Notes: generated from the letters alone by a model not told the origin. A stretch of DNA of 64,000 nt from an uncultured Sphingomonas sp. (GCF_946477935.1 NZ_CAMLAC010000002.1:378-64377); one strand, 5' to 3'. Counted from the stretch's first letter, positions 1 to 8,006 are shown. Translations and numbers: made by a program.

Positions 1-2
1 AT

Positions 3-173
3 CATGGTCACGAGAGCCTCGTGCTGCTGTCGCATGCCGAATATCAGCGGCTCAAGAGCCGGGATCGTCAGGTCTACACGCTTGATGACGTACCTGGCGA
101 TATCGTGGAGGGCGTGCGCGCCGCGCGGGCGCCGGCCGAGGCCGCCGCCTTCGATAACGAGGTCGGGTCCTGA
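3..173 (+). CDS. Phd/YefM-family antitoxin, C-terminal part (5' truncated by window edge)
   Basis: Frame 3 from base 3 reads HGHESLVLLSHAEYQRLKSRDRQVYTLDD...VGS*, matching the Phd pattern (HG..VLLS..EY.RL). It ends 3 bp before the toxin start. Not in the supplied ORF track. Confidence 0.7.
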   Translation, partial: HGHESLVLLSHAEYQRLKSRDRQVYTLDDVPGDIVEGVRAARAPAEAAAFDNEVGS

Positions 174-176
174 CGC

Positions 177-614
177 GTGGCAATTCCTGAACCGGTTCCA
201 GGTCTCGTTATCCGCTACGCCTATCTCTGGAGTCACGAAGCCAAGGCCGGCCACGAAGAGGGCAGCAAGGATCGTCCCTGCGCCATCCTGCTGACGGCAA
301 TTACCAAGGCGGGCGCCAAAATGGTTACCGTCCTGCCGGTGACGCACAGTCCTCCGGCTGACCCGAAACTCGCGGTGGAGATTCCGGCGGCGACGAAGGC
401 ACGCCTTGGGCTCGATGATGAGCGATCATGGGTGATCCTGACCGAGCTCAATCACTTCCAGTGGCCCGGCCCCGACCTGCGACCAACGCCCGGGGATCCG
501 GAGGGCGACATCGCCTACGGTCTGCTGCCGGCGAGCCTGTACGAGACCATCCGCACGCGCTGGCTCGCCGCCTATGACGCCGGCAAGATCGCCCAGGTGA
601 AACGCACGTCCTGA
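177..614 (+). CDS. PemK/MazF-like type II toxin
   Basis: 145 aa; GLVIRYAYLW...EEGSKDRPCAILL...VTVLPVTHSPP fits the PemK/MazF K.RP.vv...v.v.PiT pattern; directly follows the antitoxin. Confidence 0.75.
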   Translation: MAIPEPVPGLVIRYAYLWSHEAKAGHEEGSKDRPCAILLTAITKAGAKMVTVLPVTHSPPADPKLAVEIPAATKARLGLDDERSWVILTELNHFQWPGPDLRPTPGDPEGDIAYGLLPASLYETIRTRWLAAYDAGKIAQVKRTS

Positions 615-743
615 ACTGCCGCGCCGCGAGGCGCAGCGCCTTCTCCAACGAGCGCCGCAGGCTCGGTCGGTCGCCCAACCGGCCAGCATCGCCGTTGCGG
701 ATAGCGTTCATCCCTCGGATTAGCGCCTTTCGTCGCCGGTTCC

Positions 744-895
744 TGACACCTGCGGCAAGACGGACGCCCCCCACAACCCCATCCGCTCACCCGTGTTGCC
801 GCTACGCGGCTGCCCGCACCAGCTCCCTCCAGGGGTTCCCCGGCACGCTGTGCGCGCCGGTGTGGAGCGCCTCCGCACGCCGCTTTTCGGTGTCA
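744..895 (+). promoter_or_regulatory. Nested inverted-repeat element upstream of ssb (candidate ssDNA promoter/ssi)
   Basis: TGACACC (744-750) pairs with GGTGTCA (889-895); internal GCGGCAA (752-758) pairs with TTGCCGC (796-802); loosely resembles the elements at 2965 and 6548. Confidence 0.4.
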
Positions 896-934
896 CCGGC
901 GGAAAGGCTGCTGGTCCCAGAGAGGAGTATCCCC

Positions 935-1255
935 ATGAACAACGTCAACATCGCCGGCCGCGTCGCCAAAGACCCCGAGACACGCGGCACCGTCACCACC
1001 CTCATCGTCGCGACGGATCGCTTGAAGCTCAAGGACGGCAAGACCTATGTCGACGAGGTGACCGGCTATACCGCCAAGGATACCGAGTTCCACAGGGTGA
1101 CCTGCTTTAACGGGCTCGCGCGATCGGGTGCATCACGCAAGAAGGGCGACGTCGTCGCGATCACCGGAAGCCTCCATTATTCGAGCTGGGACGACCGCGA
1201 TGGTGTCACTCGCTACGGATGCGAGATCTGGGCCGACAAGATCGACTTCTTCTGA
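935..1255 (+). CDS. ssb: Single-stranded DNA-binding protein, OB-fold only
   Basis: MNNVNIAGRVAKDPE...TEFHRVTCFN...KKGDVVAITGSL...YGCEIWADKIDFF; AGAGGAG RBS before ATG 935; 106 aa with no acidic tail. Confidence 0.9.
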   Translation: MNNVNIAGRVAKDPETRGTVTTLIVATDRLKLKDGKTYVDEVTGYTAKDTEFHRVTCFNGLARSGASRKKGDVVAITGSLHYSSWDDRDGVTRYGCEIWADKIDFF

Positions 1256-1264
1256 GACGCGGCG

Positions 1265-1284
1265 GGCGGCGCCTTGGCGCCGCC
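1265..1284 (+). terminator. GC hairpin after ssb
   Basis: GGCGGCGCC-TT-GGCGCCGCC perfect 9-bp stem; no clear U-tract. Confidence 0.35.
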
Positions 1285-1316
1285 TCGTCACCACAGCGGA
1301 CCCGAGCTAGAGACCT

Positions 1317-1490
1317 TCAGCCGTGACGCGGCGGAACGACGAGCAGATCCGCTACGCTCTGTGCAAATCCCTGCGCCAGCAGCGCCTCTTCTCGCGTCAA
1401 TATGATCTCGTTCGCCATGCTCGCGTCGAGCAAATTCTTGAGCCGGGCCGCTAGTGCCAAGGCGGCTTCCTTGATCAATGCTTCATCCAT
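1317..1490 (-). CDS. Small hypothetical protein (57 aa)
   Basis: MDEALIKEAALALAARLKNLLDASMANEIILTREEALLAQGFAQSVADLLVVPPRHG*; protein-like composition; below the ORF-track cutoff. Confidence 0.35.
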   Translation of the reverse strand: MDEALIKEAALALAARLKNLLDASMANEIILTREEALLAQGFAQSVADLLVVPPRHG

Positions 1491-1604
1491 CTCGCGCCCC
1501 GCGTCGTTGATGCCGGTGCTTTACGGGCAGGCGCGGGACTCATGTCGCACTGCTACCCGTCGTCGTCAGGCCATAGCATGGTTCACGGCACGAGCAGACC
1601 CGCC

Positions 1605-2732
1605 CTATTCTCCTTCTGCGGGGAGCGGCGCTGCGAGCGGGGTCACCGCGGTCGCATAAACCCAGGCTCGTGCAAGCTGGCCGGAGAGCGGGTCTCGGAA
1701 CAGGACCTTGTGCCAACGGCCCTTTCTCTCTTCCACCGCAATCTCGGTATCCTGCGGCGCCTTCCACACGACGGCTCCGCTGCGCGACGGCGCATCTCGC
1801 AATGTCGCAGCCCGCGCCAGATAGCCGCGCTGATGCTTCGCCAGGAGGGCCGCTTCGGACTGGGCTGCGGCTTCGTGGTACCTGTGATGCTCTGCCTGCG
1901 CCCGATCGATCTTCTCGTGCAACGAGCTGAAGGCGGCCTTCTCATCAGGGCTCATCGTCTGCTGCTGCGGTATCAGCGCATAGGCGCCCAAAATAGTCAG
2001 AATGAAGCTGATGAAACCGACCAGGCCCATGCGTTGCAACTCCGGCAACGTGTTGGGACCAAGACCCTGGAAGAAGCTCTGGACGAGATCGAACAACGAG
2101 CCCTGCAGCCGGGCTGTCTCTTCATCCGTTTCCGCAGTGACGATCGCCGCAGCCACCTGCTGCATCTCGATCACGGTGCGCGCCGCGAACGCGGTCGCGG
2201 TTTCCCGCTCCTCGTCGCTGGCGCGCAGGGTTAGCGTATCGATCACGAGCATTCGCTCGGCGATCGCGCTGAAGGTCGTGAACCGCGGTAGCGCCTCGGC
2301 GATCACACGCCTGTAGGTCTCGCCAACACTGGCGGAAGCGATCGCCGATGCAACCAGCGACTGGCTCGCTCCGAACGCACGCACCGTATCGAGCACCGAC
2401 GAGGCCAGATGCCGCTGCTGGTCAAGCAACGACCTGTCCTGTCCGGCGAGCCGGCGCGCCGTTTCGGTCACCGACAGCGCCCAGGCATTGCTGGTCAGAT
2501 GCTTGAGGCTCTCGCGTTGTTTGCGATCCCGCTCAAGCGTGTCGAGGATTCCGCGATAAGGCGCGTCGAAATCAAATCCGCGCAGCATCTCGCTGGCGGT
2601 CTTCGCGTGTTTCATCGCGTCGGCGACTGCGCTGCCGCCGAGCGCATTGCGGTACAGGGCAGCGCGTTCGCGTTCCTCGCGAAGGAATCGGTCGGTGGCG
2701 CTCTCGGGCAGGCCAAAAGGGTTGGTCCTCAT
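1605..2732 (-). CDS. Hypothetical membrane-anchored protein with C-terminal bacterial SH3-like domain
   Basis: 375 aa; one hydrophobic segment (GLVGFISFILTILGAYALI), then a coiled coil and ATLRDAPSRSGAVV...EIAVEERKGRWHKV...RAWVY, typical of SH3b. Confidence 0.6.
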   Translation of the reverse strand: MRTNPFGLPESATDRFLREERERAALYRNALGGSAVADAMKHAKTASEMLRGFDFDAPYRGILDTLERDRKQRESLKHLTSNAWALSVTETARRLAGQDRSLLDQQRHLASSVLDTVRAFGASQSLVASAIASASVGETYRRVIAEALPRFTTFSAIAERMLVIDTLTLRASDEERETATAFAARTVIEMQQVAAAIVTAETDEETARLQGSLFDLVQSFFQGLGPNTLPELQRMGLVGFISFILTILGAYALIPQQQTMSPDEKAAFSSLHEKIDRAQAEHHRYHEAAAQSEAALLAKHQRGYLARAATLRDAPSRSGAVVWKAPQDTEIAVEERKGRWHKVLFRDPLSGQLARAWVYATAVTPLAAPLPAEGE

Positions 2733-2964
2733 GAAGGCAATCCTGTCAGATCGACACGCCCGGTGCGACCAACATTTCGAGAACCGACATTCACCATCAC
2801 CAGGGCTCGACGCATCCCACCCTGCGGGCGGGACCGGCGCTCTACTCGCCTGCGGCTCCCGGAGCCCCGTCTCCGTCGGGTCTCCGCCCTCCGGGTGACG
2901 ATCACCTTGCGGGTGCGTGGGGAGAGGTCAAGGAAAAAATCTCTCTCTCTGAATTCCTAGTTGT

Positions 2965-3144
2965 GACGTGCGGGGATCCGAGCCCGTCAAGGATGAGCGG
3001 TCCCCCCAATTTTCACGAACCCTCCGCTTCGCTCCGGGCACGAGAAAATCGGCTCCCCCGCTCCCCGCTTCGCGGCGTTAACCGGGGTCCGGCTGGCGCC
3101 GGCTTCCCGGTTAACGTCCCTGACCGGCACGACCACCGCACGTC
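2965..3144 (+). promoter_or_regulatory. Large nested stem-loop A upstream of the DUF2493 gene (Frpo/ssi-like candidate)
   Basis: GACGTGCGG(2965)/CCGCACGTC(3136-3144); GTCAAGGA(2986)/GTCCCTGAC(3116-3124); ATTTTC(3009)/GAAAAT(3044); CGTTAACCGGG(3076)/CCCGGTTAACG(3106-3116). Confidence 0.6.
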
Positions 3145-3189
3145 GATTGAAAAGCCTCATCGAATGGATGAGTTTCCAAGGAGGCTATC

Positions 3190-4167
3190 ATGCAGACCAG
3201 TTTCACCAACTTCGCCGACCTCGCCAGCCACATTGCCGCCGCACGCGAAAACGAGGACCTGACGCAGACCTACGAAGGCGCCTTCATCGAGCATAACGAA
3301 ATGGCGAAGCTCAGCATTGTCGAGGCGCCGGAAGCGCTGGACATGCCCGATCCCGAGCAGGTCCGAGCCGCCGTCGAGATGATGATGCAGACGATGTTCG
3401 ATGTGCTGCGCGACACGCGCATGGAGGCCTTCGCGACCGATCTCGCCTGGGGTTTCGCGAACAGCTTCCACGTGGTGGCGAAGCGGATCGAAGGCCGGGA
3501 GGATGACGCGGCCAAGAAGCTCGGCGACCTCGCCCGCGCCTACGACCCCTCCGAGATCTACGCGACCGAACTGGAGGACACGCAGCTCCTCTGCCAGACG
3601 CTGCAGGGGTGCCGGGAGGCGATGGAGTGCATGCGCGACCATGCCGCCGAAGTCTATCGCGTCGAGACCGGCAAGCCCTTCTCGCCGGTCCGGGGAAGCC
3701 GGGTGTCGAGCGCGCTCAACGCCTCGATGATCGATGCCCGCGACTATCTCGCCTCACGCGCCCGGGAACGCCGCGAACAGTTCGCGCCTGAGGGACCCGT
3801 GGTGGCCTTCTCCGGCGGTCAGGTTTGGGAAGACGGCGACCTGCTCTGGAAGGGCCTCGACAGCATCAAGGCGCGCATCCCCGAGATGATCCTCGCGACG
3901 ACCGCACAGGCCAAGGGGTGCGATGCCGCGGCGCACGCATGGGCCGCCTCGCGCGGCGTGAAGGTGATCCAGTTCCGGCTCGATCGCAGCCAGGGCAACC
4001 GGGCGGCGTTCGTGCGCAACGACCGCATCCTCAACCTCAAGCCGGTCGAAGCGGTCATCTGCGAGGGCTCGGGCATTCAGCAGAACCTCGCCCAGAAGCT
4101 GCGGCAGGCAGGTGTCCCGCTGCACATCGTCCGCCTCGCCCAGCAGCGCAGCCAGCGCGCCGCGTGA
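3190..4167 (+). CDS. DUF2493 (YspA-related SLOG) domain protein
   Basis: 325 aa; C-terminal VVAFSGG...ILATTAQAKGCDAAAHAWAASRGV...AAFVRNDRIL...EGSGIQQNL is the DUF2493/SLOG pattern; GGAGG RBS. Confidence 0.8.
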   Translation: MQTSFTNFADLASHIAAARENEDLTQTYEGAFIEHNEMAKLSIVEAPEALDMPDPEQVRAAVEMMMQTMFDVLRDTRMEAFATDLAWGFANSFHVVAKRIEGREDDAAKKLGDLARAYDPSEIYATELEDTQLLCQTLQGCREAMECMRDHAAEVYRVETGKPFSPVRGSRVSSALNASMIDARDYLASRARERREQFAPEGPVVAFSGGQVWEDGDLLWKGLDSIKARIPEMILATTAQAKGCDAAAHAWAASRGVKVIQFRLDRSQGNRAAFVRNDRILNLKPVEAVICEGSGIQQNLAQKLRQAGVPLHIVRLAQQRSQRAA

Positions 4168-4178
4168 TGCGCTTGTCC

Positions 4179-4218
4179 GAGAGGCTCCGGCGACCGCTGG
4201 GGCCTCTCTTCCTTTCTT
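4179..4218 (+). terminator. Probable intrinsic terminator
   Basis: GAGAGGCTCC...GGGGCCTCTC stem followed by TTCCTTTCTT. Confidence 0.5.
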
Positions 4219-4355
4219 GCGTCGTCGGGCGGCGCTCAGGGGCGTCGAGCCCCTTCGCGCTGCGCGATTGAGCGCGCGCGCGCACGCTCTGAAGCCCCGC
4301 CGGGGGCGGCAGAGGGGAGGGGGAGGGGCGGTTGCAGATCAGCAGGGAGGTCAAG

Positions 4356-4934
4356 ATGTCCGTCACGTTCCGCATCGCCACTGCCGCCGACGATCGCGAC
4401 GGCCCGACCGCCGCCATTACCACCTGTCAACTCGCCGCGTTTCGCACGTTTCTTCGCGAACAGGGCGAACGCTATGGCATCGTCCTCGCTGACCCCGATC
4501 CGGACGAACGCGGCTTCCTCCCCAATCATCTCGAAGCGAGGGTCTGCCCGGTGGCGCTGGCCACGATCGCCAGGCTGTTCGACTATGACGAGGCGGTCAT
4601 CACCGTGGTCGAGGAAGCCCAGTTCCGGCGCCGCCGCATCAGCGTCTATCCTGTCGACCAGGCCAGCACGCTAGCCATGGGCATCGCACTCACATCCGAC
4701 CTCGGTCACGAACTCGATCTCGCATCGAACAACGCTTTCGCGCTGCTCGAAAGCCTCGGCCTCCGACCGGACAGCGTCGGCGAAATTCCGGTGCATGCAG
4801 TGCTCGCCCGCCTCTCACATCCGGCCGTTCGCCGCCGCGCCATGGCGGAAGGCACCAGTACCTATCTCGATCGACTTGATCGGCTTCTGGCCACCGCCGA
4901 TCCCGATGATGCGCCGCGGTTGGAATGGGCATAG
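4356..4934 (+). CDS. Hypothetical leading-region protein (192 aa)
   Basis: GGGAGG RBS before ATG 4356; high-GC3 codon use; followed by a terminator. No family recognised. Confidence 0.75.
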   Translation: MSVTFRIATAADDRDGPTAAITTCQLAAFRTFLREQGERYGIVLADPDPDERGFLPNHLEARVCPVALATIARLFDYDEAVITVVEEAQFRRRRISVYPVDQASTLAMGIALTSDLGHELDLASNNAFALLESLGLRPDSVGEIPVHAVLARLSHPAVRRRAMAEGTSTYLDRLDRLLATADPDDAPRLEWA

Positions 4935-4961
4935 CCTCCGTCCAATCTACGCCACAGCGCA

Positions 4962-4995
4962 GGGCGCGTCGCTCCGGCGGCGCGCCCATTTTTTT
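4962..4995 (+). terminator. Intrinsic terminator
   Basis: GGGCGCGTCGC-TCCG-GCGGCGCGCCC followed by ATTTTTTT. Confidence 0.7.
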
Positions 4996-5547
4996 GCTTG
5001 CCGGACCCGAGATCCCGGTCGCAGCCGGCCCTCAATTGTGCGGCGGTGCTCGGTCGCTCTCGCTCACCGGCTGGCGAAGCAAAGCGTCGATCGCCCGCTG
5101 CGTATGGCTGGCAGCCGCGACCTCTCCCGCGGTCCCGAGATAGACCAGCGTCTGACGTAGCAGCGCCAGCGCCAGCGCGCGCGCGACGACCTGCTCTGAT
5201 GGGTTCGCATCCATGTCCCGATCCCGAGCGCGAAGGTGATCCCAGCGGCAGTCGGCGGAGCGCCCAGCCAACAACTCCCGCGCGCTAGGCGCGGGAGCCG
5301 GGGCTGGTAACACGTCGAGACATGCGCCTACGCTTTTAGTGCCGAGGCACCTGGACATATGCGCAGGCACCCCGGCGTGATCACTCACCCCGAGTTGCCG
5401 TTCTCGACGGGATTACCAGTCCCGGCGCCGCCCGTTTCGCAGCGCCCGAGCGGACTAACATGTGGCTGGACATCGAACCATAAATTTGTGGATCGAAGGC
5501 TCAGGCGACGGCCTGCCGAGGCCACCGGCCACGGCGACCTCGGAGAA

Positions 5548-6417
5548 CTAGTTCTCGCTCTTTGACGTAGTCTGGTTAAGCTTTTCCCGCAGTGCGAATG
5601 CGCGCAGCATCTCGTCGAAACCCATCATTATCGCCCGCCGCTGGGTACCTGGCCCACCTGCCGGGTCGTCTCCCTCCCAGATCACGGGAACCGCGCCCTC
5701 TGGGATCTCGAACCGCTGAAAAACAGCGGCGGCATAGTGGGCCATTTGTTTAAGCGCTGGAGTGTAGAATCCGAGCACTAGGGCCATTAGCCCGTCATGA
5801 GCTTTCCGGTAGTCAACAGCCAGTGCGGTTAGGTCGAGCGGGCCGGAGCCGAGGGTCAGCAGTTCGGTGCGGACCTTCTTGTTGACCCTGCTGCTGGCCG
5901 CAAGGGTCGCAGGGTAAAGCTGAAGGCCAATGCGGGCCGCCATTACCCCATCCGCCATGCGATCCGCATTGATCGGCACGAAGGAAATCGGCAGTTCGTG
6001 GTGCTGCGCGAAATTGCGCAGCTGACACAGGCAGCGATACGCGAAGCTCGTGTCGAACCAGTGGTTTGTCGCTGCCTCAAACGCCGCAGGCTCGACGCCC
6101 TGCTTGCCGAACTGGCCCAGCAGCCTGGTCTTCGACCGATCACGAAATGCGCTGGCTGCGCCCAGAAAATTGCCGATCCGGCGCTGCGCCTCGGCATTGG
6201 CATCCACACCTGCGGGGATCGTGATCATCGCGGTCGCCAATTGTCGCGACAAAGCCTCACCGATCTCGACCTCCGTGCGTTCGAAAGCCGCGTAATCTTC
6301 CGACAATGCAAGATAGTCGACCATGTACGGTCGCAGCAGTTCCACGACGCGCGTGTACTGCCGGAATTCGGACCAGATTGTCGCGTCGATCGGCCGGGCA
6401 TCGATCTTGAGGTCCAT
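5548..6417 (-). CDS. Hypothetical protein with HEPN-like R-x4-H motif
   Basis: ~289 aa from MDLKIDARP (start could be 6486); contains FAYRCLCQLRNFAQHHELPI (LRNFAQH encoded at 6001-6021). Confidence 0.6.
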   Translation of the reverse strand: MDLKIDARPIDATIWSEFRQYTRVVELLRPYMVDYLALSEDYAAFERTEVEIGEALSRQLATAMITIPAGVDANAEAQRRIGNFLGAASAFRDRSKTRLLGQFGKQGVEPAAFEAATNHWFDTSFAYRCLCQLRNFAQHHELPISFVPINADRMADGVMAARIGLQLYPATLAASSRVNKKVRTELLTLGSGPLDLTALAVDYRKAHDGLMALVLGFYTPALKQMAHYAAAVFQRFEIPEGAVPVIWEGDDPAGGPGTQRRAIMMGFDEMLRAFALREKLNQTTSKSEN

Positions 6418-6547
6418 CGCCCCGCCGGGCTTCGGGACATACCATCCAAACCGGCGGCGCCCGGGCAGATGGCCAACGTCCTTCATCCATCCACCCCCGC
6501 GGTCGCCCCCAATAAGAGGGTAAAATCTCTCACAGACTTCCAAGGAT

Positions 6548-6722
6548 GTCGTTGAGGGAGCCGCCGCGTCAAGGACGGCGGGGCCCCACCATTTTCTTCG
6601 GCGGATCGAGGCCGGTTCCCAGCCTTCGGCGACAGTGGCCGCCGAAGAAAATCGTGACCCCCACCGCCGCTGCGCGGCGCCGGCGTTGCCGGCGTCCCTG
6701 ACCCGGCGGCTCCCTCAACGAC
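6548..6722 (+). promoter_or_regulatory. Large nested stem-loop B upstream of the 74-aa gene (Frpo/ssi-like candidate)
   Basis: Perfect 19-bp IR GTCGTTGAGGGAGCCGCCG (6548-6566/6704-6722); GTCAAGGACG/CGTCCCTGAC (1 mismatch); perfect 14-bp IR ATTTTCTTCGGCGG (6591-6604/6639-6652). Confidence 0.65.
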
Positions 6723-6760
6723 GGCCATTCCCCTGTCATTCAAGACGACAGGAGGCTTCC

Positions 6761-6985
6761 ATGCAGACCATCTCGACCGCCGCCCACGCCGACGCCGCAA
6801 ACTACCTCGCCGCCCTCGCATTCGCAGAGCGCCGAGCACTTCACAGCTTCTTCGACCAGCACGTCATTGAGGAGGGGGACGGACGCTACGTCGCCATCGA
6901 CGAGGGCGACTATGATGCGCTGCCGATGACGCTCATCGACCGGGTCGTCCACACGGTTCCGGGACGCATGTCCGACGAATTCTGA
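6761..6985 (+). CDS. Small acidic hypothetical protein (74 aa)
   Basis: AGGAGG RBS, MQTISTAAHAD...RMSDEF*, 13 D/E vs 5 R and 0 K; followed by a terminator. Confidence 0.8.
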   Translation: MQTISTAAHADAANYLAALAFAERRALHSFFDQHVIEEGDGRYVAIDEGDYDALPMTLIDRVVHTVPGRMSDEF

Positions 6986-6991
6986 GGGTCG

Positions 6992-7020
6992 GGGAGGGGC
7001 TGCGGCCTCTCCCTTTTTTT
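6992..7020 (+). terminator. Intrinsic terminator
   Basis: GGGAGGGGC-TGCG-GCCTCTCCC followed by TTTTTTT. Confidence 0.75.
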
Positions 7021-7096
7021 GCCTGGAGATGAGCAGTCATGGGGGGCATCGAACCCCCCATGACCGCGCCGCGGCGATGCCGCGGCAGGTGCGGAT

Positions 7097-7315
7097 TCAG
7101 GCCGCCAATCGCTTCTCGACTTCCTCGATACCAAGTCGCTTGATGCGATCGGCGAGGTCCGCCAGTCGCTTGGCCTCGAGCTTGAGCAGGCCCGACTTCT
7201 CGACCGTCGCGATCGCCTGCTCGCGTTCGCGTTCCTCCAGCCTTCGTCGCCGCTCATCCAGCCGGCGCTCATCTTCCTCGAGCGCCAAACGCTCCTGTTC
7301 CAAGGTCTTTGCCAT
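7097..7315 (-). CDS. Small coiled-coil protein next to oriT (72 aa)
   Basis: MAKTLEQERLALEEDERRLDERRRRLEERE...GIEEVEKRLAA; heptad-like charged helix; position resembles oriT-flanking mobilisation/stability genes. Confidence 0.65.
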   Translation of the reverse strand: MAKTLEQERLALEEDERRLDERRRRLEEREREQAIATVEKSGLLKLEAKRLADLADRIKRLGIEEVEKRLAA

Positions 7316-7754
7316 AGTTGCCTCTTGTGAAGGCTAATCGGGCTATGAACCGGTCCGCTATATCGAGGACGGTCGCGGCTCGAAAGGCGTTTCAGGAAGC
7401 TTGGGCGGGTCGGGCTGCCGCCCGAACACGGCTCTATTCGCTAAGGTCCCCTGCCGACCCTGCAGGCCGGCAAGCGACCTAACCTCACGGAGCCAAGGCC
7501 GACGCCTTGTCTCCGCCCGTGCGGGTCACGATCCTCGCCTGCTCAATGGCGCCTTCGGCCGCCATTGTACCTGCGACGCCCGGAAACGGGGCCGTAGTCT
7601 TCGCCGACCCGCATGATTGGCAGGTCTTCCCGAGGTGCCATGCTGCCCCACCAGCACTTCCGCCTGGCGGCGGACCCATGCCCCGCCGGAACCGGTAGCG
7701 GGCACTTCCCGACCTCACTGGATCGAGACCGGGACCAAGGATCGGCCCCATAGG

Positions 7755-7787
7755 ATATGCACACCCTACGCACCTGAAGGTGCAGGG
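7755..7787 (-). other. oriT: oriT core with predicted nic site (nick on minus strand between 7761 and 7760)
   Basis: Minus strand reads CCCTGCACC-TTCA-GGTGCGTAGGGTGT^GCATAT, combining an R388-like GCACC-N4-GGTGC hairpin (R388 GCACCGAAAGGTGCGTATTGTCT^ATAG) with an F-like TGCGT.GGGTGT^G nick context; upstream of the RHH-T4CP-relaxase operon. Confidence 0.8.
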
Positions 7788-8006
7788 TTTTCGTTGCTGC
7801 ACAACGGCTTAGCGCGGAAGAGAAGGGGAGTACGCCGTAGTACGTTAACGGTGGAGCGTGAAAGGCGCAGATTTCCGCCATTCTCTGGTACTACGCCAGA
7901 CTACGGCGCAGGCGTATAATAAGACCAGCTTGTCGCTTCCCTGCCGCCGAGGTATAAGCGTCGCCATTCTTCAGTCCCCACCAGCCTCCCTGCTAGGAGG
8001 TTGGTC

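Noticed and set aside
695-934. 80-aa N-terminal extension of SSB in the ORF track
   Set aside because: The RBS and SSB homology begin at ATG 935; the extension crosses the structured non-coding element. Similar over-extended starts were trimmed for the coupling protein, lipoprotein, dnaE2, SRAP, lysR, thiolase and dps.
2938-2950. (CT)n run as a phase-variation tract
   Set aside because: Short, intergenic and not clearly within a promoter spacer or ORF; no support for function.
5000-5540. Possible gene or ncRNA between the 4356 gene terminator and the HEPN-like gene
   Set aside because: Only low-complexity ORFs without RBS; weak similarity to 655-690 (GCTCGGTCG...ACCGGC) is too short to call.
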